In this document: piece by piece, positions 1-13,008 of the stretch
Layout of the letters: the number at the start of each line of letters is the position of its first letter
Numbering within the stretch: position 1 is the stretch's first letter
Notes under the pieces: generated by a model
What the model saw: the letters and a program-made list of their open reading frames with translations, nothing else
What the model was told of the DNA's origin: nothing
Databases searched by the model: none
Translations under genes and position numbers: made by a program
Assembly: GCF_902652985.1 (NCBI RefSeq)
Contig: NC_047021.1
Location: forward strand, 9,238,001-9,302,000
Direction: 5' to 3'
From: Pecten maximus
Lineage: Eukaryota
Length of the DNA: 64,000 nt

Positions 1-2589
1 CTACACACTGTGTAGTGCCTCACATTCATACTGGAATTTGACCTTGAGAATGGGTTGCCAAGACAATATACAGAACATGTGATGTAAGAAAATTGTCTAA
101 GGCAGAGAAAACACTATGGACTAAAATATTATTGAAATCAATAGTAATTCTGTTTTCCTCAATTTTTTAAGATGTTTTTTTTTTTTGACAGTTCAAGTCA
201 TATCGTCAAGTAATTTCCAATACTGCCAGGGCTGTGGAGCCCCTAAGATAGTTTGTTTTTTTTCAGAAATGATAGACAGTCTTAAATTTCATACAGTAAG
301 TAGCAGCTAGTATATATATGTAATGCAGGCAAGATGCTGGGTAGGTAGTTTGTACAGCGATTGATTCTTCTAAATGTACTGTATATATTATAATTTACAT
401 CCCCCATATTACAATGTATTTCACTGCTTCAAAGCAATCACGATAGACATCCTCTCTGCTAGAAGAGCTGATTATAGTTCCAGAAGAGAGATACAGACTA
501 CGTAAGCCAAAAAAGAAACACTTGTGGCAAATTTTTACCGATAAATATGAGTTATTGATGGCAGAAAACAATGCTGAAATGGGATAACCACCCAATGTAA
601 TGGAATGGTTCAAAAAATACTGGAGAAATTCCATAATTCAAAGGAAGATTTATATATCTTGTCACGATTGTCAAATGCCTTACTACTACAGGAAAATCAA
701 TTCCGTCCGTGTACATCACAAACAGGAAGGCTCCTACTATATGGGTCACAGGTTTACACATTTACATAAAATAGAAACATGTCAGAATTTAATAAGATAT
801 CTGTATTGATAAATACACCACTGATATTTATGTACCAGTGGGGCTGTGATATTGGTGGATTCTCAAGGTCGTATCACTGTCCCTTACTGCTATCTTACTG
901 TTCACTTATCAACTTAATCGTTGGCTTGTCCTAAAAAAAAAAACTTTGCTTGACTGAATCAGTGATGACAATATATTTTTAAAATGTGTGAAGAGCTTGA
1001 AAAAATGGAATTACGAGTGTTTGCACCATAGTGATGTATTAAGTACATTTGATACACAGTACATTTGTCACAGATTTAGAGTAACTACTTGAATTATCTC
1101 CCCTATTGATATCTCTTACAAGACACAGGAAATATTGTGTGTGACTCGATGACTGACAGGACTATAAGGGTGCAACACGGTTCCTCTGTAATGCACATGT
1201 AATTTTAGTAATATGATCATAAGGTGGAAATTAAAGATTCTTTCATTTGACCTTATATTATAATCTTTCTGGTGTTGTTTAAAATGCTCCTGTCACTTTG
1301 AGCTACAAACTCAGGCTCTCGAAGCTTATTAAGATCACACACATGGCAGTACAATTAAATGCATTTCATATTAAATTAGAGTGGCCTTCCATCGTTGTAA
1401 TATTGAGCGATAAAGTGTGAAATTTATTGTTTCGGGGTATTTGTCTCCTTTTTACATTGCATGAATTGTCTCCAAACTGACACTTAAATTTACAGGTTTA
1501 AACAAATATTATACACAGTCATGAACAAAAGGAAAACAATTGATGAAAATATCTGTTTTGGTCCCTTTTTCAATAAATTAGAATATCTCAATGTCTAAAT
1601 ATTGACAGTTTAAAGTGCAGGTCCACAGATTTTGTACATGCGTAGACTCCTACAGGAAGAAGACCCAATGTTCATGTTCAGTGAGAGCTTTCACAGATGA
1701 TAGCTGAGATGTTTTTAATGAAGGTGTTTTTATTGATGAGTTTGTACTTTGTGTGATATTAAGATTTTTGGCCATTGCTGACAGAAGTGATTGTTCAGTA
1801 ACAAAAGGCTTTGTTAAGTACCTTGAAAAGAATGATATTGAGCTTCCAATACAATAAACACTTGCATACAATTTTTGTGCAAATACTTAAAAAAACTAAA
1901 ATCGGTATCTAGACTTTTTTGTAAAAACATTAAGATGAACGTTCTAGAGACAATGAACATGGAAACAGTTGTAAAAGTATAAAGGGATGTTTAGAAGGAC
2001 ATGTTTAAAGATGTGACATATCGACATGGTAGACTTTCAACACTTCTCTCTGTAACTACAATACAGGTATCGACATTGAAAACTGATCTGTTCAAATGGA
2101 TCTGACACTAAAACATATATGAGCACAGCAAGTACAAATCCATTTTTCACCTTAGCACTCCATGGCTTCTGTAGAGTCGTGAATGAAATATTTGTGTAAA
2201 GTTTATAGGCCTATAATCAGTTTATATAATAGTGTCAAACATAAAGAACAAAGGGGGCCTGATATCTGGTAGAAATCAAACATTAAGTTGTATCACTTCC
2301 TGTCTGTGTTTTAATCCAGTCAACCCAGAGTACCAAGCCACCTGTAGAGCAGGTTACAATGATTGTGTATACAGCCTTATCGGGCCTAGATCTGTCAAAA
2401 GGCCACTTAGCTTTGTTTTTATCAAAATTGTTTTTTGCACTTCCTGTCTTGATTCTCTTATCCTGCTCCTATCTATAGAATCAAATGTTATAAATACGGT
2501 CTCAAACCTAAATCAGCTTTGACATTTTCTTTCTACTCTACAGATTGACAACACTACACATAACCCAAACAAACCTCTCTCCTGTATCC

Positions 2590-3388
2590 ATCCTTCCACT
2601 GCACTCCTTCCTCTCTACAAACATCTCACTCCTCTATCCTCAACCTCCACACTCCTTCCTCTCTACAAACATCTCACTCCTCTATCCTCAAACCACCACA
2701 CTCCTTCCTCTCTACCAACAGTCTCACCCCTCTATCACTCAACCTCCACACTCCTTCCTCTCTACAAACATCTCACTCCTCTATCCTCAACCTCCACACT
2801 CCTTCCTCTTCCTCAACCTCCACACTCCTTCCTCTCTACAAACATCTCACTCCTCTATCCTCAACCTCCACACTCCTTCCTCTCTACAGACATCTCACCC
2901 CTCTATCCTCAACCTCCACACTCCTTCCTCTTCCTCAACCTCCACACTCCTTCCTCTCTACAGACATCTCACTCCTCTATCCTCAACCTTCACACTCCTT
3001 CCTCTCTACAGACATCTCACCCCTCTATCCTCAACCTCCACACTCCTTCCTCTCTACAGACATCTCACCCCTCTATCCTCAACCTTCACACTCCTTCCTC
3101 TCTACAGACATCTCACCCCTCTATCCTCAACCTCCACACTCCTTCCTCTCTACAAACATCTCACACCTCTATCCTCAAACTCCACACTCCTTCCTCTCTA
3201 CAGACATCTCACTCCTCTATCCTCAACCTCCACACTCCTTCCTCTCTACAGACATCTCATCCCTCTATTCTCAACCTCCACACTCCTTCTTCTCTACAAA
3301 CATCTCACACCTCTATCCTCTACCTCCACACTCCTTCCTCTCCACACATCTCAGCCCTCTATCACCAACCTCCACACTCCTTCCTCCT
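2590..3388. repeat. 48-bp CT-rich minisatellite (about 16 copies)
   Basis: Unit cctcaacctccacactccttcctctctacagacatctcactcctctat; explains ORF 2545-3390. Confidence 0.93.
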
Positions 3389-3543
3389 GATGAATCACAC
3401 AAATGTACATATCTAAAGTAGTTAACCTTACATCCATAACCTTGATGTAACCCAGTAACTGTTGTGAGGGTTGTTTCCAGTAGCTCCAATTGTCTAAGGT
3501 CATAACCAGGCAGGTAGCCCAGTTATACCAGTTGACTCCCATT

Positions 3544-5200
3544 GTCTGAGGCCATGACCTGGCTGTGACAGTGTCACTGTACCTTGGGTGGTCTGAGGCC
3601 ATGACCAAACTGTGACAGTGTAACTGTATCTTGGGTGGTCTGGGGCCATGACCTGACTGTGACAGTGTAACTGTACCTTGGGTGGTCTGAGGCTATGACC
3701 TGACTGTGACAGTGTCACTGTACTTTGGGCGGTCTGGGGCCATGACGGTCTGAGGCCATGACCTAACTGTGACAGTGTAACTGTACCTTGAGTGGTCTGA
3801 GGCCATGACCTGACTGTGACAGTGTCACTGTACCTTGGGTGGTCTGAGACCATGACCTGGCTGTGACAGTGTCACTGTACCTTGGGTGGTCTGAGGCCAT
3901 GACCTGACTGTGACAGTGTCACTGTACCTTGGGTGGTCTGGGGCCATGACCTGGCTGTGACAGTGTCACTGTACCTTGGGTGGTCTGAGGCCATGACCTG
4001 ACTGTGACAGTGTCACTGTACCTTGGGTGGTCTGAGGCCATGACCTGACTGTGACAGTGTCACTGTACCTTGGATGGTCTGAGGCCATGACCTGGCTGTG
4101 ACAGTGTAACTGTACCTTGGGTGGTCTGAGGCCATGACCTGACTGTGACAGTGTCACTGTATCTTGGGTGGTCTGAGGCCATGACCTGGCTGTGACAGTG
4201 TAACTGTATCTTGGGTGGTCCGAGGCCATGACCTGACTGTGACAGTGTAACTGTACCTTGGATGGTCTGAGGCCATGACCTGGCTGTGACAGTGTAACTG
4301 TACCTTGGGTGGTCTGAGGCCATGACCTGGCTGTGACAGTGTAATTGTACCTTGGGTGGTCTGAGGCCATGACCTAACTGTGACAGTGCAACTGTACCTT
4401 GGGTGGTCTGAGACCATGACCTGACTGTGACAGTGTCACTGTACCTTGGGTGGTCTGAGACCATGACCTGGCTGTGACAGTGTCGCTGTACCTTGGGTGG
4501 TCTGAGGCCATGACCTGACTGTGACAGTGTCGCTGTACCTTGGGTGGTCTGAGGCCATGACCTGACTGTGACAGTGTCGCTGTACCTTGGGTGGTCTGAG
4601 GCCATGACCTGACTGTGACAGTGTCACTGTACTTTGGGTGGTCTGGGGCCATGACCTGACTGTGACAGTGTAACTGTACATTGGGTGGTCTGGGGCCATG
4701 ACCTGACTGTGACAGTGTAACTGTACCTTGGGTGGTCTGGGGCCATGACCTGACTGTGACAGTGTCACTGTACATTGGGTGGTCTGAGGCCATGACCTGA
4801 CTGTGACAGTGTCACTGTACCTTGGGTGGTCTGGGGCCATGACCTGACTGTGACAGTGTCACTGTTCCTTGGGTGGTCTGAGGCCATGACCTGACTGTGA
4901 CAGTGTCACTGTACATTGGGTGGTCTGAGGCCATGACCTGACTGTGACAGTGTCACTGTACCTTGGGTGGTCTGGGGCCATGACCTGACTGTGACAGTGT
5001 AACTGTACCTTGGGTGGTCTGAGGCCATGACCTGACTGTGACAGTGCCACTGTACCTTGGGTGGTCTGGGGCCATGACCTGACTGTGACAGTGTCACTGT
5101 ACCTTGGGTGGTCTGAGGCCATGACCTGACTGTGACAGTGTCACTGTACCTTGAGTGGTTCTCAAACCTCTCCTTGTCTGAGGCCATGACCTGGCTGTGA
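3544..5200. repeat. 47-bp minisatellite (about 35 copies)
   Basis: Unit ggtctgaggccatgacctgactgtgacagtgtcactgtaccttgggt; explains the minus-strand ORFs at 3351-5205. Confidence 0.96.
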
Positions 5201-5936
5201 CACACTTACTATAGACAATAGTACTAGCACTGTTCCCACTGCGACACCCTTGTCAGACATCAAAATATGGTTGTAACTTTGTAATAAATAATGATGGACC
5301 CTTGGGTCTAGGATTTTTTTGTTCTCCCCAGGAACAGATGACGACCTCATGCATTACTGTGATATTTAATGCCTGTTTAAGATGGAAGACTAATAAAGAC
5401 AGAAAAGTGTCGAGTTTTCGAGACTAGGTCATAAAAACAGCATTCATATCCCATCTGTGTGATAAAAAAAATAAATGTGATCATCCTGTCACCCCCAGCT
5501 TACAGCATTTGACTCTGAGTTTTCCTCAGCAGGACCAGTTCAAAAAGTGATTAGGGGTAGGAGGTTTAATAGCATAATATGCATATTAATGATGATATTA
5601 AGTTTTTTGAAAAGTTTTATTTTTGGCTGTCATGCCAAGTTGTCAAATTAGGTCGTAAAGATATCAGATGATAATGCAGTAATAATGGACATTGTTCTGT
5701 AAAATAATGTGCCTTTTAGAGAAATTTGTGGAATGTCTAATCAACATGCTGAATTCTTTTAGATCATCAACCTTCAGAATTTGGTGACAGAATTGAGCAA
5801 TTTATACATTTCAGATATTAAAATTGTCTTATCAACGTAGGAGTTTTAACTGATGACTGAGTTACCAATTTTGTCAGAATAATTAATATCTATTTGACTA
5901 TATCTTGTTGCTTAGAAACCTGTAACTAGCTTTGTA

Positions 5937-6620
5937 ACATCAGGAAAAACCATTGTCGGGGGTAATATTTGGTCATTGTAGTACATCAGGAAAAACCATT
6001 GTCGGGGGTAATATTTGGTCATTGTAGTACATCAGGAAAAACCATTGTCGGGGGTAATATTTGGTCATTGTAGTACATCAGGAAAAACCATTGTCAGAGG
6101 TAATATTTGGTCATTGTAGTACATCAGGAAAAACCATTGTCGGAGGTAATATTTGGTCATTGTAGTACATCAGGAAAAACCATTGTCAGAGGTAATATTT
6201 GGTCATTGTAGTACATCAGGAAAAACCATTGTCGGAGGTAATATTTGGTCATTGTAGTACATCAGGAAAAACCATTGTCGGAGGTAATATTTGGTCATTG
6301 TAGTACATCAGGAAAAACCATTGTCGGGGGTAATATTTGGTCATTGTAGTACATCAGGAAAAACCATTGTCGGGGGTAATATTTGGTCATTGTAGTACAT
6401 CAGGAAAAACCATTGTCGGGGGTAATATTTGGTCATTGTAGTACATCAGGAAAAACCATTGTCGGAGGTAATATTTGGTCATTGTAGTACATCAGGAAAA
6501 ACCATTGTCGGGGGTAATATTTGGTCATTGTAGTACATCAGGAAAAACCATTGTCGGGGGTAATATTTGGTCATTGTAGTACATCAGGAAAAACCATTGT
6601 CGGAGGTAATATTTGGTCAT
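5937..6620. repeat. 46-bp minisatellite (about 15 copies)
   Basis: Unit acatcaggaaaaaccattgtcgggggtaatatttggtcattgtagt. Confidence 0.96.
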
Positions 6621-8038
6621 TTTGGCTATTTCTTGCACTCCATGTTGACTTTGCTGATCGAGATACATTTTACAACAATCTTAAAATTGATAAGGACAAT
6701 TTCATAACATCACCACGCTGTCATAACGTGAAGATATCAGCATGACACTATATATATATTATACCAGAACTTAGATTAACCCTTTCAACCGTAACTTCAA
6801 TGAGAACTCTAATTTCAAATGCATGGCACCAAGTCCATTAGAATATGCTTTTAAAGGCATGATGTGAAGAATAAAGTTTCCCAAGAGGGGAAAAAAAAAA
6901 AGATTCCAAATGATCACTTTTTGTCCACAATTGGAGTGCACTATAAAGAACTACCCAAATCTGCTGGGGGTTTAATTAAGCCAGGAGTCAATCCTTATAA
7001 TGATTTAGTGGGTAACAGTGAAGGTATTCCCAACCTGTAGGGTGACTAAGCTATTTTTTAGTTTCATAGCATCATTACATCAACAGACCTTTAAATGGTG
7101 ATATTAAAACAGCAATTTTTGTTTGCTTAAATCCATTTTTACAACCAAAAACGAAGTAATTGAACCAAAAAATTGAAAACAATTAAAAGATATTGAGGCT
7201 CGTCATCATTTGTCATGTGTATTATTTTAACACCTCTACCGGCAGGAGAGCTACTTGAGCATCACCCATGCATGCATCGAGTTACCATTCTTTAGTGAAC
7301 TCTTCTTCCTTGGAGTCTGCTTCCTGTGCTGGCAGCCATACAATTTGATGTCAATTCCCTGTTGTCGTGAATGAAGTTTCTTTATGAGGCCAAAGACGAT
7401 CTCTTGGCTTTACTTCCTAACCGCATCTTGCTTTCACTGAATGTTTTACAATGATGTAATGGTTACAGTAAATTCACAATTACACGCTCAAAAAAACAAC
7501 TATATTGTCATAAATCTGGAGGCGACATTGCAGATCACCTGACGGAGGAAGAGCTAGTTTAGATCACAGAGGAATTTCTACTATGCAGCTGTTGTGTGTT
7601 TAATGTGTTAGGATTTTTTCTATTTTAATTAGCTAATCCTTTGTCTCTACCTCCTCCATTAATGTTTAATTGATCAATGGTGTTCTCTGGAGGAAATTGG
7701 ACAACATTTTAACACCACCACAGTTTCATTTTTCGAAAATCCTTGAGACAATTGCAATAAAAAGCATGAATAACAACAATAAAGATGACAAAATCTAAAT
7801 GATTATCTGCCCTAACAATGTGATAAAAATGACGAAGTCTAGGTAATTACTGCCTCTAACCGGACATTATAACACTCGTCAACAGTGTGTCGCAGGATAT
7901 CATTACATGTGTTGATTCAATTGATTAAGTTGTTGCATGCAAACGTATGGTCATTTTACCGATGGTCACTTTGTCAGCTCTCAGAGGACCAGATGACTCA
8001 CCTATAACATATATATTATTATAGTCTTAGTCATTTCT

Positions 8039-8192
8039 TACATTGGAATGACTGGACCTTAGTTTTCCTTAAGTATTCCATCCCCTACATTGGAATGTCA
8101 GGACCTTAGTTTTACTAACATATTCCATCCCCTACATTGGAATGTCAGGACCTTAGTTTACTAACATATTCCATCCCCTACATTGGAATGAC
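8039..8192. repeat. About 46-bp tandem repeat (about 3 copies)
   Basis: Unit tacattggaatgtcaggaccttagttttactaacatattccatcccc. Confidence 0.85.
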
Positions 8193-9448
8193 TGTAGATA
8201 GCCCAACACCAATATATGTGTATACAATTGGTCATCCTCAAAAAGAAAACAAACTCACCAACAGAACATTCTAGATTGAGAAGAAGAAATTATGAATGGG
8301 TTTCCCGAGTTTTATAGTGTTGACTGGTACTGAGTTTTGGTATAGGGTGTCATTTCTATAAACTGGGTTATATAGTCACCTAAGGACGTGTGCTGGAACA
8401 GTTACTTAATGAACCTGCCACAGGTTTGGCAAGTCTTTGCCTCATCACTAATATACCAAATCATCACAAAAGTGGTACATCAAAAGCAAAACAGTTTTTA
8501 TCAAAAAAGAGCCAATTAAATATTTCATATCCAAAATTTGAAGGGCATAATTATTAAATCAACAGCTTGTCCAAAACAAGACAACAACCTGGCGGCCTAC
8601 GGTCACCTCAGAATCATGCTAATTAACTTAATCTCTCCAGGGGCTAATTGGCTCGTCTTTGTCACTCGGATCAATATTATTGTCTCCCCTTCAGTGGTGG
8701 AAGTATATGGGATTGTGGTAGTTCACCACGTAGAACTGAACACACCGACACCTTTTGAGTCAGAGTTTAGGTTGAGTCATATCATACTGCCTTGGTATTG
8801 CAAACATGTAGTTACTAGAGATTCTGATCTAGGCCACAGCAGCGTTTGAATTAAATATGAAAGCATGGAGCAAGAGCATTTAGGTCAGATTGGTGTTCAG
8901 TTTTATTAGTGAATGCAAATTTGCAGGCCTTATATTGAGTGTAGGTCGCAGTTTTCTGTTTAGTTACAGTAGTTAAATATGCTTGATATTCATCAGGTGA
9001 GATTAATACACACTATCAACTCCCAAATGTGTTTGAACTGAAAACAGTATGTAAATTGATTTGTGTAATGTCATGTCAAGAACACACATCCAAGTCAGAT
9101 CAATGTTTGAATTGAGTGTAGGTTACAGATCTGTGTACACAAAATCACGCAACAAAAACATCTAGGTCACATCAACGTTTTGATACATGCAATGTGTAAA
9201 TGAAGTGTTGACATATAAGAAACTTCATAGCAAAATAGATGTGCTACACTGATTACTTCATCTATATCATGTCACAATGATAAAACAGTACTATTGTTCA
9301 CAGTAAAATATCTAAAATATCACTACTAATTAAGAATCATTGTTATTTTGTGTTTGAAAGCCATTTTGGAAGACATGTGAAAAACATTCTTAAAATAAAA
9401 GGAGAACGATAATTAACCAATAACTATCTTTAGACACATTTTTTTTTA

Positions 9449-10500
9449 GTGTTTGAATTAACTAAGAGTTAGAATTAACATTACATTTATAGTGTTTGAA
9501 CTAAGAGTTAGAATTAACATTACATTTATAGTGTTTGAACTAAGAGTTAGAATTAACATTACATTTATAGTGTTTGAACTAAGAGTAGAATTAACATTAC
9601 ATTTATAGTGTTTGAACTAAGAGTTAGAATTAACATTACATTTATAGTGTTTGAACTAAGAGTTAGAATTAACATTACATTTATAGTGTTTGAACTAAGA
9701 GTAGAATTAACATTACATTTATAGTGTTTGAACTAAGAGTTAGAATTAACATTACATTTATAGTGTTTGAACTAAGAGTAGAATTAACATTACATTTATA
9801 GTGTTTGAACTAAGAGTAGAATTAACATTACATTTATAGTGTTTGAACTAAGAGTTAGAATTAACATTACATTTATAGTGTTTGAACTAAGAGTTAGAAT
9901 TAACATTACATTTATAGTGTTTGAACTAAGAGTTAGAATTAACATTACATTTATAGTGTTTGAACTAAGAGTAGAATTAACATTACATTTATAGTGTTTG
10001 AACTAAGAGTAGAATTAACATTACATTTATAGTGTTTGAACTAAGAGTTAGAATTAACATTACATTTATAGTGTTTGAACTAAGAGTTAGAATTAACATT
10101 ACATTTATAGTGTTTGAACTAAGAGTAGAATTAACATTACATTTATAGTGTTTGAACTAAGAGTTAGAATTAACATTACATTTATAGTGTTTGAACTAAG
10201 AGTTAGAATTAACATTACATTTATAGTGTTTGAACTAAGAGTTATAATTAACATTACATTTATAGTGTTTGAACTAAGAGTTAGAATTAACATTACATTT
10301 ATAGTGTTTGAACTAAGAGTTATAATTAACATTACATTTATAGTGTTTGAACTAAGAGTTAGAATTAACATTACATTTATAGTGTTTGAACTAAGAGTAG
10401 AATTAACATTACATTTATAGTGTTTGAACTAAGAGTTAGAATTAACATTACATTTATAGTGTTTGAACTAAGAGTTAGAATTAACATTACATTTATAGTG
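9449..10500. repeat. 38/39-bp AT-rich minisatellite (about 27 copies)
   Basis: Unit gtgtttgaactaagagt(t)agaattaacattacatttata. Confidence 0.96.
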
Positions 10501-12726
10501 CCTCCTTCTTTATTTAAAACAATATGGAGCAACAAGTCAATTAAGGTACAACGATTTGTGTTGGCAATCAGGATATCAGCTAAATTTCACCGAAACTTTT
10601 GTTAATTAAATGATCAATGTTAGTATACTATAAGAGATGCTGGCAAGTCAATAGTAAATGGCTCTTTTCACAAGCACTTAAGTCAGGGGTTCATTAAAGT
10701 TTACACATGCTGGATGGTGTCCCTCCCCTGAGAGAGTTTATTGTGATGTATTACTGCCGTGTGTAACGTGAAATACACATCTGTTGTCCATGAGGACATG
10801 CCCACAAGAATCTTCCATGGAAATCCTCTTTGTCGTCTGTAATTCTTCATCTTCATATTGCCGCATGTGACAAATTTGAAATTAGGGAATGGGACTACTG
10901 CCAATTAATGTAATTTGTCATATGTATGCAAATTAGAATTGGAGCGTGTTCCGATTTGTAATGAATGTCTTCATAGCAAAGGCAATGTGAAAGGTCCCTA
11001 AGATCGACTGGGGAGTGTACATGAGTCAGTTAGTGTGACTTTATCATACAAATGTTGTTCCATGACTGTTTCGGAGCTCCACACAAAGGTGTCCCGAGCT
11101 CACAAGTGTTCCTCCCAATCGGTGTTAATGGTAGCTCTTAGCCATGCTAACTTGGTTAGCTGTTGCATCACGGCAGTAATGCTTGTTAGGCCCTGATTGC
11201 ATTTCAAGCGTAATTAACGACAAGCATGTGATTCTGTATCATCATAGAACTAAATAACAATTACATTAAGCGTGGTATGATTTTCTAAACGTCATCATTA
11301 TATAGCTATAAGCTCCTTCGTCCTTGTGGTTGAATTGACAGTCAATTGGAGTTGCAGATGAACGCTCCTAGTTAAAAAGCTTGTAACTGATAGTAAATAT
11401 TCTGTTTGTTCAAATTGTTGTATCTTTATAATATCTTATGAACATTAAGATTTAGTATTATATATATATACACTTGTATATTATAGGTCTGTTTTTATAT
11501 TTATATAATAATTATAGTGTTCTTCATTGTCTTCAGCATGCATCAAACATGACAATACTCAGAAAAAATGTTAAAAATAAAACTTTTCATGCCTGGGAAA
11601 AATGAAAGTGTCTGAATTATCATAGCTAGTTCCATCAAATATTGTAGACATCGGGGTAAATAATCAAACTTGAAATTCATGATAAATTCATTAATCATAG
11701 CGGGTATAAATTGGCCTCTGCTGCTTGACTTCTGTCAGTTCTATAGATTTTAAATAGGCTGCACCTCAAGCTTTTCTGTACATTCAGTAGGACACATGAA
11801 AACTCCTTAAACTATATCATGATTAGCACCTGATCCATTGAGACCTATCAATAATGTACGCGTACCTGATTTTCTGTAGAGATATAGACATATCTGCCTG
11901 CAATGATTTCCCCATATCATAATCATGTCCAGGCAGGTCTGGTGACCGTCTTGTTATGTTAACATACATTTATAGATTAGACTTGCCAATTATATTGATG
12001 TGTCATATATATCATCAAAGCCAGAATTTATTTAAAACAAATCATTATATTCCAGAGATAATGTCATGTTAGTGCAAATAAATAAATTTCACTTCTGTTT
12101 TACATGATTTTGTGTTTTGAATAAAATGAAATTCTGGCAGATTTTCAATATTGCCAAATTGCTTGGTTTTGGCAGATGTTGACTGATTCTTTTGGTTAAC
12201 TAATTGTACAAAGGCTTTTGATTTGACTAGAATTAGAAAACTGAAATCTTTTACTGACTCTGTTGCCATGAGATCATAATTTGAATTAAACATGTCTCTT
12301 TGTGGTATTTTTTTAGTATTTTGGAAAAACAGTTAATTTACTATCATGATTGCCCATTTTCAGTTTTGATTCTTTTCAAAGAACGCTTTGAAATTGACAA
12401 TCTGCTTTAGTTTATTACTTAAAGAGAAGAAGCATGAGGTTATAAAATTCCTCAAGTAAAATTTAAATGTTTTTTATCTACTGATAATGTTAATTATTAT
12501 TGTCTAATATTGAATTTTTCCAATATCACATTTCCTGGATAGATAAGATTTAAAATGTACATTATTTTGATGATTCTTATTTTCAAAACTGTTTGATTCA
12601 TGTTGAAATTATGTGAATCTTAAATCAGATGGTGTAAGTCAATGAATACTATTCAAATCATTGGAATCTTCTTCAATAGGTGATTAAGAATCTTTGATAA
12701 ATTGGTTTCTAATTTGTATTTTACAG

Positions 12727-13008
12727 AGGTTGCCATTCAGATTCCGCCTACCAACAAAGAAGCCATCCAAGGCGATACCATCAAGTTCATTTGTAAGGTT
12801 CATCCTGATGTCCACAACTTCCACATGAAATGGAAACACAACAGTGTCCTTATAGACATGTCCTCAAATGTGGAAAAATATCATGAAATGGACAGTGGTC
12901 AAACTTTCATCATTCGGAATGTTGACCGTTATGACACTGGGACGTACACGTGTGTTGCCACATCAGGGAATGATAAAGACAGGGCATCTGCAACATTGTC
13001 CATTAAAA
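12727..13008 (+). CDS. Exon: last Ig (I-set/C2) domain
   Basis: Acceptor ttttacag|, donor |gtaagt, phase 1/1. VAIQIPP..GDTIKFICKV..MKWKHN..DTGTYTCVA..ASATLSIK carries the canonical Ig Cys, Trp and DxGxYxC. Confidence 0.93.

Noticed and set aside
395-2200. Short ORFs suggesting a decayed gene or retroelement (GPCR-like or RT-like fragments)
   Set aside because: Multiple stops and no convincing motif; it would need a BLASTX hit.
5305-5370. Good-looking acceptor ttttttgttctccccag as an upstream exon of the adhesion gene
   Set aside because: The phase-1 frame stops after about 12 codons and no Ig signature is evident; probably cryptic.
2545-10605. Long repetitive ORFs as proteins, or the arrays as CRISPR
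   Set aside because: The ORFs are translations of tandem repeats. The units abut directly with no unique spacers, there are no cas genes, and the context is eukaryotic.
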